Part shown: positions 11,347-23,146 of the stretch, piece by piece
How positions within the stretch are numbered: the stretch's first letter is position 1
How the letters are laid out: every line of letters starts with the position of its first letter
NCBI GenBank assembly: GCA_030704615.1
Contig: CM060734.1
Coordinates: 57,412,001 to 57,476,000 of the forward strand
Reading direction: 5' to 3'
From: Takakia lepidozioides
Lineage: Eukaryota; Plantae; Bryophyta
Length of the DNA: 64,000 bases
Notes under the pieces: generated by a model
What the model was told of the DNA's origin: nothing
Seen by the model: only the letters and a program-made list of their open reading frames with translations
The model's database searches: none
Made by a program: the position numbers and the translations under genes

Positions 11347-14300
11347 GGGCAGAATGGATATTGACGCGTGACATTGATCCCTTTGGCAGTTGGGCAGTAG
11401 GACAGTGGACAATGGTCCAGATACGTCGTAGGATTGCCCCACCACCTTGGGGCCCCATCTTTGTTGGAATACAGCAGTGTAAGGAAAATCAGGGGCCCTG
11501 CAAAAGCAATGCCTGTGTCAATAGCAGCCGACAATATTTAGTTATAGCGCCGCCACCAGTGTACCTGATACTTGAACACCAAGTGGTTGAACACAGCCCC
11601 TGTCAGGAACCAAGAGTTGAATGTAACAGCTTGGGCTTGGGGCCATCGAGTTGCAGCGCCCAGTATCCCTGGGGTGCTAACAGCCCTCAGATAACCCTGC
11701 ACAAGGCACTCCAAGTCAGTGACTCTCGTGAAGTGATTTCTGGATTTGGCATTGAGGCACAGCTCAATGGGAAGCTACACTCATGCTACCACCACTCATT
11801 CTACCGCCATTAACAGACGAAGGTTCTTCTGGTATCACAAGTCTGTGTCAAATCGGCCTAGAAAGTTTTCTGAAGCCATTCCGGCAAGAGAGCATCATTA
11901 ACATTTTTCCTGGTGTATTGTAACTTGTATCAGGTATGCATTTCAGAGCCATAGCAATAGATTTTCCACCACTTGAATGCTTCCTTGTGATGATGTCAAT
12001 ATTGCAAGAGGAGTTGCAAACAATTGACAGTCAGCGTCATCACCAATCAACACTGGCTATCAAACAAAGTAATGTAGCTCAAAGCACTTATGTACCACAG
12101 TGAGAGGGGGGACTTGCATAAACTCACTTTGAAAAATCTGGAGACTTTAGCAAGGGCCCAAAATGGTATGGGAGCAAGGGCACCAGCCAGAAAGTACCAG
12201 TTCAATTGTTTGTACTCCCCCTCTGAGCCTATTAAACTCTTGGAGCCAACAAGGCCCCACAGTATAGTGACTGAGAAGCCCTTAGTGATTGAAGGGCATG
12301 ACCACATCCCTGATTCTTAGCAAATATCGCCCACACTGTTAAACAACCAGTAGGCACATGCCAAGTTGACGACTCCCCCAAACAAAGATCCTGCCACCTG
12401 CACAGCATATTATGCATTGAGTGGGTCCTGTCATTGTGCCATTCCTTAATAACCAATTGATAAATCTTGATCTGGGCCATCTCCTCACACAGTGTTGTTT
12501 TAAGGGGTTTTGCATGTACCTGTACAGCGAGCAGTTGAAGAGGGGGAATCTTCATGTAGTGGCCAAGCTTGAGATCACGCAAGAAGGCAAGGCCTTGGGC
12601 AACACCCTCGGAAGAATACATGCGAAAACATACATTTGCAATCGGGTAGCGTGGAAGTAGATAGCCCATCAGCACATCACACAGTGGACCAATTCCTGTA
12701 GCCTGGTCACCACGAATACAACCAAACTCCCGTCTTAGCAGCTTTCCCCTCCAGAAAAGATGATTAGGTATTGTAGCTATATATGAGATGCAGCTTACAG
12801 ATGGAGTGTCAACCGGCAGCATGTGTTAGAACTGTTTTCATCAATATTTACATTAGCAAGAGCAAACCATACATTTTAGAGTACAAGCTGATAAGTGAAC
12901 TATCAAGGTGACAAGGGTCACATGGTGTACTGTGGGACAAACTTTCTCAGTAATAAACAGGTCACCCGTTGCTGAGGTAAAGTTAACATTTCTCATTTGA
13001 GGGAGGATCCAGTGTGCAGCTGCTCAATTCCTAGTGTGTACCATATTGGTGGTAGCAGCAAGGACGCCGAGGAAGTGTGAACAAAACGTTGAGACCAAAC
13101 CCAATGAGGACGCCCCACCAAGGCAGCTGGAAAATGTGCTTCCAGCCTTCCATTATGGCTATGGCTGCCACTGTGTTGCCAATCAGTAGTGCCCAGAACC
13201 ACCATGAGGGTATGTCATCATAGCGTTGCATCAGCTTTGTATGAATGCTTGGCTGGTTTTCTCCAGCTGCCAGTTGCACCAAAACCATCATCATTATAGG
13301 CTTCATTAATTCCAAACTGAGTTGATATCTTCCAGCCAGAAGATTATGGAAAGTTTACCTTATGCACACACAGCCAACATGTAGATTCTTACACATTCTG
13401 GCCTGACTTGAGCAAGTGATATTTCTATATCACAACTGGGTAGCAATACTGGACTGCCCAGGAAAACACGTAGACCTCGTAACCCCGAAACTGCAGAGGG
13501 AGGTACCGTTTGCTTTGGATCGACGATAGATGTCCTTCCCATGCCAAAGTGCTACATGAACGACAGTGGCTGCTAGAGATGCAAACGCAAGCCCCCAGTT
13601 GACGGCTGCATAGGAGGCAGCCATGTGAGGCGGGCCATAAGTCTTGTATTTATTCAGATCTAATGTCAGGCCATCTGCAGACATCACCTGCAGGACGATA
13701 CATGCATGTCTCTTAAGTTGCAGGTTCTGGCCTGCAAACTGACACTTACTTGGAGCACAATCCTTTTTTTCTAGAACCTAGTTGATGACATCAAACTTAA
13801 ATTCTGTTAATACAAAGAGACAATGATGTTCTGATATAGCATATCACTTGAGTGACTAGCTATCTCCACCAACCCAGTTTTTGAATGCCAATATCAACAT
13901 CTGATCCCATTGAAAAGGTCTAACCTTTGAAACATTGTAGCGATTTCCATTTGCCAGAAATAGTTTGTTTGAGACCATGATAGGATCTTTGGGTGTGATA
14001 GACATCTCCCCAGTAAAGAGCTGGTGTGAGGATGTAGACTGCGGCGAGATATTCAACAAACACATTGACCAGGGTGCCCCATGGGGTTGACAACGGAGAT
14101 CCCAAATATGCTGAGATAGTGGCCCAATCTAGTGAAAATGCTGCACGAGTCCCAATCCATTTGAGCCTGCCAACCCAGCCCACTTTCATCTAGGATATGC
14201 TACCTGTAATAATCACTATATTGATCAATGCTACAAATTGCATGGGTATTTTGCCCATATCAATAAGAGCAAGAGCACTTTGAGCAGCAATTTATTTCGA

Positions 14301-17300
14301 ATTTACTACTGGACATCAAAGAACTATATCAGCTGCTCTGATGACAAGGATGTGGAGAAGCCTCAAGGAAGACAGACTACCTGAACCAATCTGGTGGGCA
14401 AATATAGAGTCCTTCCAAGACCAGCAGATCCAAGAGATCGATGTCACGGTGGCAAACAAGTAGCCTGGTAGAATGTATTAAGCAAAGCTGCAAATGGTGG
14501 CAATGAGAAAGAACTGCAGCCTGCTTATGCTCTTTGCATTCTCCTTCTCATGCAAAGTCCTACAGTCAGATGTCGAAATGAGATTGGAGCCCCGTTAAAT
14601 AGCATGCTTAACACAATGCACTTTCAATATACATTACAAAGACTATTCACTCAGTACTTAAAACCTATCAAAGATTGATGCTGAAACTGCATTCTGATCA
14701 ATGGAGCCATCAACTTGTAAATTTTTGTTCTACAGACTACTCGTACATGTACGTGCACTCCTTCGCAATTTCATAAGGCGCTCTCCCCGCTCGATCTCTT
14801 CTGGTCAAGTGCTGGAACTTCCCTGAATAGAGCAACATCAACCAATGTTTCTGGCCACCACATATGAGCGGGATCCTAGCAGCAACAAGAAAATGTATGC
14901 ACATGATGTCACATGTTCTTATCCCCAGAATATTGAGTTTATCAGAGATCTCCGCGTGAAATTGTCACAGGTTATGTCCGTGGTAAAACCTTAAGTTTCC
15001 GTTGATTTGCAAACACCCACATAACCTACGGTATCACTAGCAAACTTCCAACAGCAAGATCTGAGGAGTTCAGATCACTTGAATGTTGCCTCACTGCCCA
15101 GAAAATACCTCAGATGGATTGGATGATATAAGAATACAAAGTTTATGCTCATTCAAAAATAATTTTCAACTCTGAAGATCTTAGCAGCATGCAAAATGAA
15201 GTAGGTAGGGAAGTTATGACTTACCACCAGATACTTGCGGAGGAATCCGGCCCATCCATAGCCGAGAACTTGCGTGGTCATTGTTAATAGAAGTGCTGCA
15301 AGGAAAGGCAAGTTCTGGTCCAGGACATTGCATTAACTGACAGAAGACAACTCCAACCACCTTGAAGTAATTCGCAGCATTTCTAAGGGTCCTGATCAAT
15401 GCGTCCTGAAGGTGATTGGATGATACTGAACTAAGGACTACGCTGTGCAATGAAGTTGACCATTTGTGCAAACCTGGACATCTAGATAATGTTCACCCAC
15501 CAACACAAATGAAAGATTTGGTCTGGAATGACTCAAAGAAAGAAAGCATGTAATGGATATGATTCCATTGTGAGATCTGATTTCATGAACATGAATCTGC
15601 CAACCATGGTGCCGACCAGGACAGCGACAATGGAAAGATTACCTTGTTGAAAAATGCAGGAAGCTTTATGATTGTAATAGCTTCCAGAAGTGCGTTTGCT
15701 TTGTGTTTGCCACCGGCACTGGCAAGGATTGTAATGAGCACATGCTCCTGCATGGGAACCTAGGGTTTCTCAGGGCCCCCTCACTGTCGAAGCAGGAAGT
15801 TAATAAATCAATGGGATTCACACGTTCACACTGCTCAGGCGTTCCATTTCATAGATACTGATGCTTTCCCGCTATCACAGTAGCTTAAACTGGGTTGTTC
15901 CCAATAAGTGATCGACAAGGTGGGTTGTAGAATCGGCATAGGCACAAGACCTTGATATTGAAAGGTCCAGGATTGATGCTGAATGGACCGATTTTCCAGT
16001 TGGGGAGTACCGCCGCCATGAAGCGCCCCAGGTAGAGGGATACCATCTGACCGGCAAGTGAGGAGATAGAAATGGGCGCTGTTCGAAAGGCGAAGAATTG
16101 GTTCACAAAAGAGAGGAAAGCACAGATCAATAGGCCTAACGTCCATGTTCGAAATGTCAATGCAGAGGATCAACTGTTTCAGGAACAGTTGATTTCACTT
16201 CGGGAGGGACACCACCCTGCACAGACCAAAGACACAATCACCACACATTGCTGGAATGCTAGAACAATGACCCTCACAAGACACACATCCCACAAATTGG
16301 AACCTCCGCTGTCACCAACTGGAACTTTGAAGACAACCACGGGCTGCAGTAGCACGAACCGGACGTCAGGTACCGCCGCCAACCATTGACGGTCCTACCC
16401 CAAGTCTGTGCGATTGTAAGCTCATCAATGACTGCAGCTTAGATTGCAAAGTTCTCGACACTCTGACGCACCTACCGCATCGGAGTGGCACATTTCAAGC
16501 TCAGGCTCCCCTTCCCTGAGGACGATTAAGGGAGTTGTGCTGCAGCACTCCTTCTCCAGAGCGGCTGCAGTAGTCCTCCAAGACACTTGAAATTAATGAC
16601 GACAGAAGGCTAAGTTCTCCAATGCTCGTCTCTTCCCCTTGGCGCCAGGCACAGAGACAAAAAGTATCTCCGATGTGATAAAAGTGAAGTATGAAGCATT
16701 GTGATCCAGACCTCACAGGGTGTGTGGGTCTGCGCCGAGATCGTTGTCAGTGGTCACCACACTTACAACGACCATGCACAACTACGATCTAGCCACCTGG
16801 GTCACATCTCCTCTGCCGACCAGCCTGCGTGATACTTGACGGAGTCATTGTTCACACTCTTTCCGACGTGTCTCATCATATGTGACACGATCGTGTTCCA
16901 GACTCGTTCCAGAATTTCTTAGTTTTAAGTCTACGTTCACAGAGGTAATACGATCGAGAAGCTTGAACATGCAGGAATTCATAGTCTGCTTTTTGAAGCA
17001 ACAGAGGAGCTGCTCTCTTGGAGAAAGAGCTCCCTGCAGACTGAGACTGACGAAGTCATGGGATATTGTGAAGGCCCACACACCCAGACCGACGTACAGC
17101 TCTGGCTACCTGAAATTGGCCATGGAAAGGTCTTCGACGAGGCTGCTTTGGGTCACAGATTCTACGGTAATACGGCACAGGAAGTGCATCCCGAACAAGC
17201 CTGAGCACTATGAATGTTTTCCTTCATCTTTCCATATTTTTGAATGCAGAATATTTGCCTTGGCAGTCCTTTCTAGTAGTCTCACGGTGTAATTGGCTTG

Positions 17301-17419
17301 GCCATCAGTAGCTATGGCTCTTGTCGTCTACCGTGGGATGGGATTAGCAAGCTGACCTCCCCATGCATTGGGTGTGCTGCAGCTCCGCTACTTGCTTGCA
17401 TCACACTGTCAGTGTCCAT
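11347..17419 (-). pseudogene. OPT: OPT oligopeptide transporter pseudogene (copy A, inverted duplicate of 23147-29157)
   Basis: Same exon/intron structure as the + copy; 7-bp deletion in exon 2 (~16165), TGG>TAA (~14479), frameshifts (~13980, ~13070), TAA at ~12318 and ~11538, 3' end broken at 11347. Confidence 0.9.
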
Positions 17420-17699
17420 CGTCTTCTCCCTCCTGCCTGCAGATCGCCACCTTCAACCGCCCCTGCTCCAACCACACCATGGACTAAAGACGTATACAAG
17501 GGGTGTATATGTTTGTTCAAACTTAGTTTCATTTGAATAAACAATTTTGTAATGCAAAGCATTGTAGCAACTACTGGCTGTGCCCCCCTATATATAGGCA
17601 TGCTATAAGTGGCTCTTAGTTACGCCGGCCTCGGCCGGAGTCTTCTCTCTAGGCATGCTATTTTGGCTTGGCTGCCCCACCTCGGCACACAGTCCTAGG

Positions 17700-18700
17700 A
17701 ATTGGAATTGCCAATACCTTGCGGTTCGTTACTATTAACCCTACCGTACTATTACAACAGCCAATACCAGCTGGGTCGGTTATTTAATACCCAGGTTGAT
17801 ACTTGATACCCCGGTTGATACCCGGCCAAGCACTATATACTATATACCAGCCCATCACTCGTCCAAACAGTGAAGGGATAATGCGGACATGAATGTGATA
17901 TATATATATTCTTTTAAAGGTGAAAGGGGAGGTAGCAATATGAATAGAAGATAATAATTTAAAATATATATATTTTTAATAATTTAAAAAATACATACAA
18001 AATCTAAAAATATGTACATAATTGAGTATATTCCAGTGTTGCTCTGGGATCAGGTTTAGGACATACCAGACTGGTACTGGTACCAGAGGTATCACAAAAC
18101 TTTCATACCAGTCTCGTCTATAAAATGGTGGATGTATTCTTTTCCAGATATTGGTATAAGTATGAGTATCATGACAGCAAACACCAGCAGCCGGTATAGG
18201 ATATCAATTATGGTATCATTCCAAAGCTGTCTTCAATTACAAGTTTATCAAATAGCAAGTATCAGGTGCTTGATCAAGTGAAAACAAATACAATACACAT
18301 AAAGAAATAAATATACATAAGTACAAGCAGGTAAAGGTTCATTCACACCTGCCCATTGTGTATGACCTGTTCATGGCATATTTCAACCTAAATTTTTTGA
18401 CGCTACTTACCTACACTACTAGTTATCCACTGCTACTCCTATTCATACTTAGGTGCAGTGGTACCCTACCATCATATGTACTTGTCTGCTTACTTGTGTT
18501 CATGGCCGCCTGACCAGTGGAAAAAAGCACCTCTGACAAGATGAAGCACTTGTGCGCACCTGTTTCTCGATGCATCAAAAAAATCCCTCGAACACGATCA
18601 TGATGAAGTGATTCTGTCATTTTTCTTGCAGATTTAAGATCGCTTGTTCACTACCTTTAATTTGAGAGTGCTCCATTGCTGTGATCTACAGGAGTAATCA
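17700..18700 (-). mobile_element. Degenerate hAT-like element remnant
   Basis: Clustered (G/A)ATACC/GGTAT subterminal-like motifs at 17710-18215 and a TSASSCQRCF stretch resembling the hAT C-terminal dimerisation motif at ~18520-18550. Confidence 0.35.
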
Positions 18701-20055
18701 GTAGTTACAATCTGATTTCGAGCAAAAATTTCGCAAACATGAGGCCGTTGAAGGTGGTGATGCTTGCACACTTCTTCCCAAGGGGGGTCACTCTATGTAT
18801 TTTTTCCATATCACGTGCGTACAAAGGTAATTTATACCAGGCTATATTTTTAAAAAAATTGCATTTTTTTCCACCCTATCTTTTGGTAATATTGTAAAAC
18901 CGTTTGTTTCTTAATACCCTATTTTTCTTTATAATTTCTTTTGCAACAATTACCTAGATCCTATTTTAAATTATCTTTTTAAATAATTATAAAATTTCAA
19001 AGCATGTACACAAACAACATTTCACACATAAGTCAAATGCCGGACCCAAAGAAAAGTTTAATTTTCATTAGCCACGAACTCATTCAAAGCCGCAGCATCA
19101 CTTGGATCTAAAGAGTACAAGTTCTGAGACCAAAAAATCATGAGATAAAACGCAACTCAACTTGATCTCAACCATTTGATGCGCATGAAGTTGGTCACCC
19201 ACCAAGAATTTGGTGCTAAACTTGCTCCGATGTACACGGATACGTCAATTTGACTTTCCTGCCCCGCTCTCAAATCAGATCCCTTAATTATATTGATTAA
19301 GTAGTTCTTTCAAAGTAATAGCCCATGGTTAGGATGCGGGGCCGCCTTACAAATGGTCATGGCTTAAAAATCACATAGGTATATAGTGGTGAATATTGGA
19401 TGTCATCCATTATAGCCAACCCAACTATAACACTTAAACGCCCACCAAGCCCAAATGGGCTTATGGCCTATTTAAATGTAAGTTGTTTTGTTCAATGTTT
19501 ATGAAATTAGTGCCATAGAATGGCTAGTGCCATGCATTGCTAGGATTGGACAATTGATTGCTCTAATTTCGAAAGCAAAGTTGTCTCATAACGCAAACAA
19601 GGGGTCAGGTTTTGATGAAAGCAATTCTCTATTTTTTCATGCTAAGATTTCTTCATACATGTCTCTGAGAGGGTTATTGTTAGGAGATTTGCCGAGGTTT
19701 GACCAAGTGACAATACCACAATGTGTTGGGCCAAATTGGATTGTGTTTGGCTTGTTGGACGAGGGATCCCAAGGGGATGAAGCCTTACTAGGTAATCTCA
19801 CCTCCATAATATTTTGACTCAACTCTATAACTTAAAACTCCCTAAACATCCTCATGAAACATGTATCTTGGTTAGGTATGAATTATGGATGCTATTTATG
19901 CATATCTATTTTTTCGAGATACCTCTTTCCAGTTGTAGTCGGTCATCCATAATGGGACGACTGGTTAACGCTAGTCATCGAAGTGTGTAGGCAAAGTGTC
20001 ATAAATACATAGGATTCAAAATACACATATACGCCAAAAATCCACTATGTTCTAA

Positions 20056-21624
20056 GAGCATCCCCACCCTTGAGCCCATAAGACTCCGTGTAACGCCAAA
20101 ATTACGTGATCGATTCAGGGCCTGTTGGGTTCTGTGGCGAGGCAGCCCCGACTCGCGCACACCGTTGCCCCTGAATTGCCCATGCTATCCCCGCGCCCCT
20201 CGCCTCCCATTGGTAGGAGGGGCGTGGTCGCTGCCAAGATGTTGACATGCACGCGCTAGACATGGGCATGGTCACATTCAGTTGGATTTAGGGGCATATT
20301 CGGGCCCTGAATACGGCGCTCGGGTTCGGTGCATGGAACAATACTCAGTGCCCGCTTTTCATGGGATATAGGGTTCAATGTAAGTGCAAGGGTGTGGACG
20401 GTCCCGCCCACCTTGAAATTGTATACCCTAATATTGCGTTGGCGTGCTAAGTTCAGTGTGGGGTGGGGATAGGGAAATCCAAAAAGGCCTTGATGTGAAA
20501 TGCATTGCAATTCACTTATCACCCCCCTAAAAGTGCGCAATTCAATTGAACTGCTAAAACTAGCTTGAAAACAACCCTAATTTGCAATTCAATTGAATTG
20601 TCGGCACACGATTCAATTGAATTGTTGACTGCAATTCAATTGAATTGTAATCTATAATTTTTTAACTTATTTCTATATATAATATATAATGTATATATAT
20701 ATATATGTATATATTCAAATTATACTTATACACATAGAAGAGTATAGCTAAAAATACATGTTGCCCGTCTATTCTTGCTGCCCCTCTTTCTTGTGCCCTT
20801 GAGGAAATTGTGGAGTTGTGAAGCCACCCTCAGCCTCAGCAAGGAAGGGAGAGCCAGAGATGGAGAGAGATCAGCACCTTCGTGTGATTCACTGGCAAAA
20901 GAAACATGGTTGGCTCTGAAAGAAACAGACAAAATCAAACCTGACGAATTGATGAAAGGCTTCCCTTGCATCATCACGTAGTCCCCTAACACTAGTATCT
21001 GGTCGAGGACAAAAAAAATAAAAAATGATATGTTCATCTTGAGAATTATCAAAAATAATATTGTTTCGATACTCTTACAAAGGTATCATGTTGAAGTTGG
21101 GATGTGTGTTCCATATAAAGTTTAATATATCAAACTCTTACACGTTGATACTCTTAGTTGGTATATGTACATATGGCACCAACATCCACAAAAAGGGACA
21201 ATCCCGCTTTTACAAGCGCTCCGTGACTTCCTCTCTCTCTCTCCCTCTCTCCCTCTCCCTTAGGCTTATCTCGGGCTCAAGCTTTACCACGGGCAAAGGA
21301 TTGACAGACGGAGAGCAAGAATAGACGGGCAACATGTATTTTTAGCTTATACTCCTATATGTGTATAGGTATAATTTGAATATATACATATACATATATA
21401 TTATATACAGAAATAAGTTAAAAATTATATATTACAATTCAATTGAATTTCCAATTTGCAATTCAATTTATTTGCAAATTAGGGTTGTTTTCAAGCTAGT
21501 TTTAGCAGTTCAATTGAATTGCCCTTGCAATTCAACTGAATTGCGCACTTTTAGGGGGGTGATCAAGTGAATTGCAATGCATTTCACATCGAGGCCTTTT
21601 TGGAATTCCCTAGTGGGGATGCTC
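20056..21624. mobile_element. PIF/Harbinger (Tourist-like) MITE with TAA TSD, carrying a nested element in its right TIR
   Basis: TAA|GAGCATCCCCAC ... GTGGGGATGCTC|TAA. Confidence 0.85.
20470..21612. mobile_element. Foldback non-autonomous DNA transposon with ~300 bp TIRs (TAGGG...CCCTA ends, hAT-like), 8-bp TSD GTGGGGAT
   Basis: 20470-20781 is the reverse complement of ~21315-21612; arms contain repeated CAATTCAATTGAATTG palindromes. Confidence 0.85.
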
Positions 21625-21895
21625 TAACCTTGTATACATACACTTTAGCTTAGATATTAATGATGTTTCATCTTGCATGATCCTTGTCTAGTAATGATAA
21701 TGGTGATAATGATACATGCTTGTTTTCATCCAACGTAAGAGCTATAATCCTTAAACTTTAATCATGTTTAATGTGTTTAGAACCCATTTAATACTTTCAA
21801 GACCAATTAAACGAAGCCCAAGCCTACAACGACCTCCTAGTAACTCTCACTACCCTACCCTGACACACATATGTACTAAATATGAGATTCATGTT

Positions 21896-22131
21896 GTTTT
21901 TTAATATTTAAATTTTGAAAGGAAACCTGGGAGCGACAGCCCACAATTCAGGCCTTGAGGAAGGGGGGAAATTAACCCCCTTTCATTTATGGGCCATGAG
22001 GCCTACGACGATCAACGCCCAAACATACCGTCACGAACAATCCCTCACACGGGGCAGGGCAGCGGGTTTGAACCCCGAACCACCAAGGCGACACACTGTG
22101 CACTTACCAGCTGAGCTACCAGCCGATGTGC
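21896..22131 (-). mobile_element. tRNA-derived SINE with 17-bp TSD
   Basis: Minus strand GGCTGGTAGCTCAGCTGG (A box) and GGTTCAAACCC (B box), A-rich tail, TSD AATATGAGATTCATGTT at 21879-21895 and 22132-22148. Confidence 0.85.
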
Positions 22132-23146
22132 AATATGAGATTCATGTTCATTCGAGAATGTTATGTCAATGTCCGATCGTCACTCAAATCTTGAAAAAAT
22201 TACTAAAAACTGTGAAAATATGTTTCTCAAAGGGGTCCCACATTGGAAGGGTAGTGTTTTGTGGATCTGGCAATGATTGCCCTGAAAATTGGCAGGTGGG
22301 TGCAAGGAGGAAGTTACGCACATAATGTGCCTCACGTTCTTAAGAAAGTCAATTTCCTGATAAGCACAAAATTTTCCGGTGCAGGGGGGTTCTATGTTTT
22401 TGAAAATGTCAAACTATCCTGGCAATGGACTTTACAAAATGGGCAGGGTCACCTATCACATAGAGAGAGAGAATTCTCGGCCCAAGCCGACCTAACTAAG
22501 AGCCACTTCGCCTTGCGGCTATTGCCCCCTTTCGTGGGTGGGCCCTACAACGGATCACATATTGTATTTGTGTCTCACAGTGCCTTACAAGTGGTTGTGG
22601 GTTGAAAAATCACATTGGCGTACATAGGTGTATACCTATTGGATGTCACCCATTATAGCCAACCCAACTATAAAAATCAATGGTACCGTACCGGTGTTCG
22701 TTAGAACATGGCCACCTTCCATATGGTAGGCACATTCTTCCTCCTCCTTTTGCTTTTGCCATGAGGCGCCCAGCTCAAGACCGCCCAATGAAGAAAATTA
22801 TACCATACATGACAGGGTAGAAGGATTTGAACCCAGAATCGTCTAGGTGGCACTCAGTGGACGAGCTTCACCGCTGGGTGCTATCTAAATAGGCTCGTCC
22901 ATTAAATATAGCCTATTTAATAGTTTTGTTGTTCTCATGGAATCCACGTCCGCACGTGCGGGAGAGAACGCGAGGGAGCAGCGGCGAGCTGACGAAGGCG
23001 AGTGTTGAGAGGAGAGTGCGAGCATCGCAGTGTGTTGGCTGTGCATGCAGGAAGCATGCGCGTTAGGAATTGCGAGGAGTCGTCCAAGGTGTGGTTGGAG
23101 CAGGGGCGGTTGAAGCTGGCGATCTGCAGGCAGCAGGAAGAAGACG

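Noticed and set aside
22055-22125. tRNA gene
   Set aside because: A and B boxes are present but there is no proper anticodon arm or acceptor stem; the tail and TSD identify a SINE
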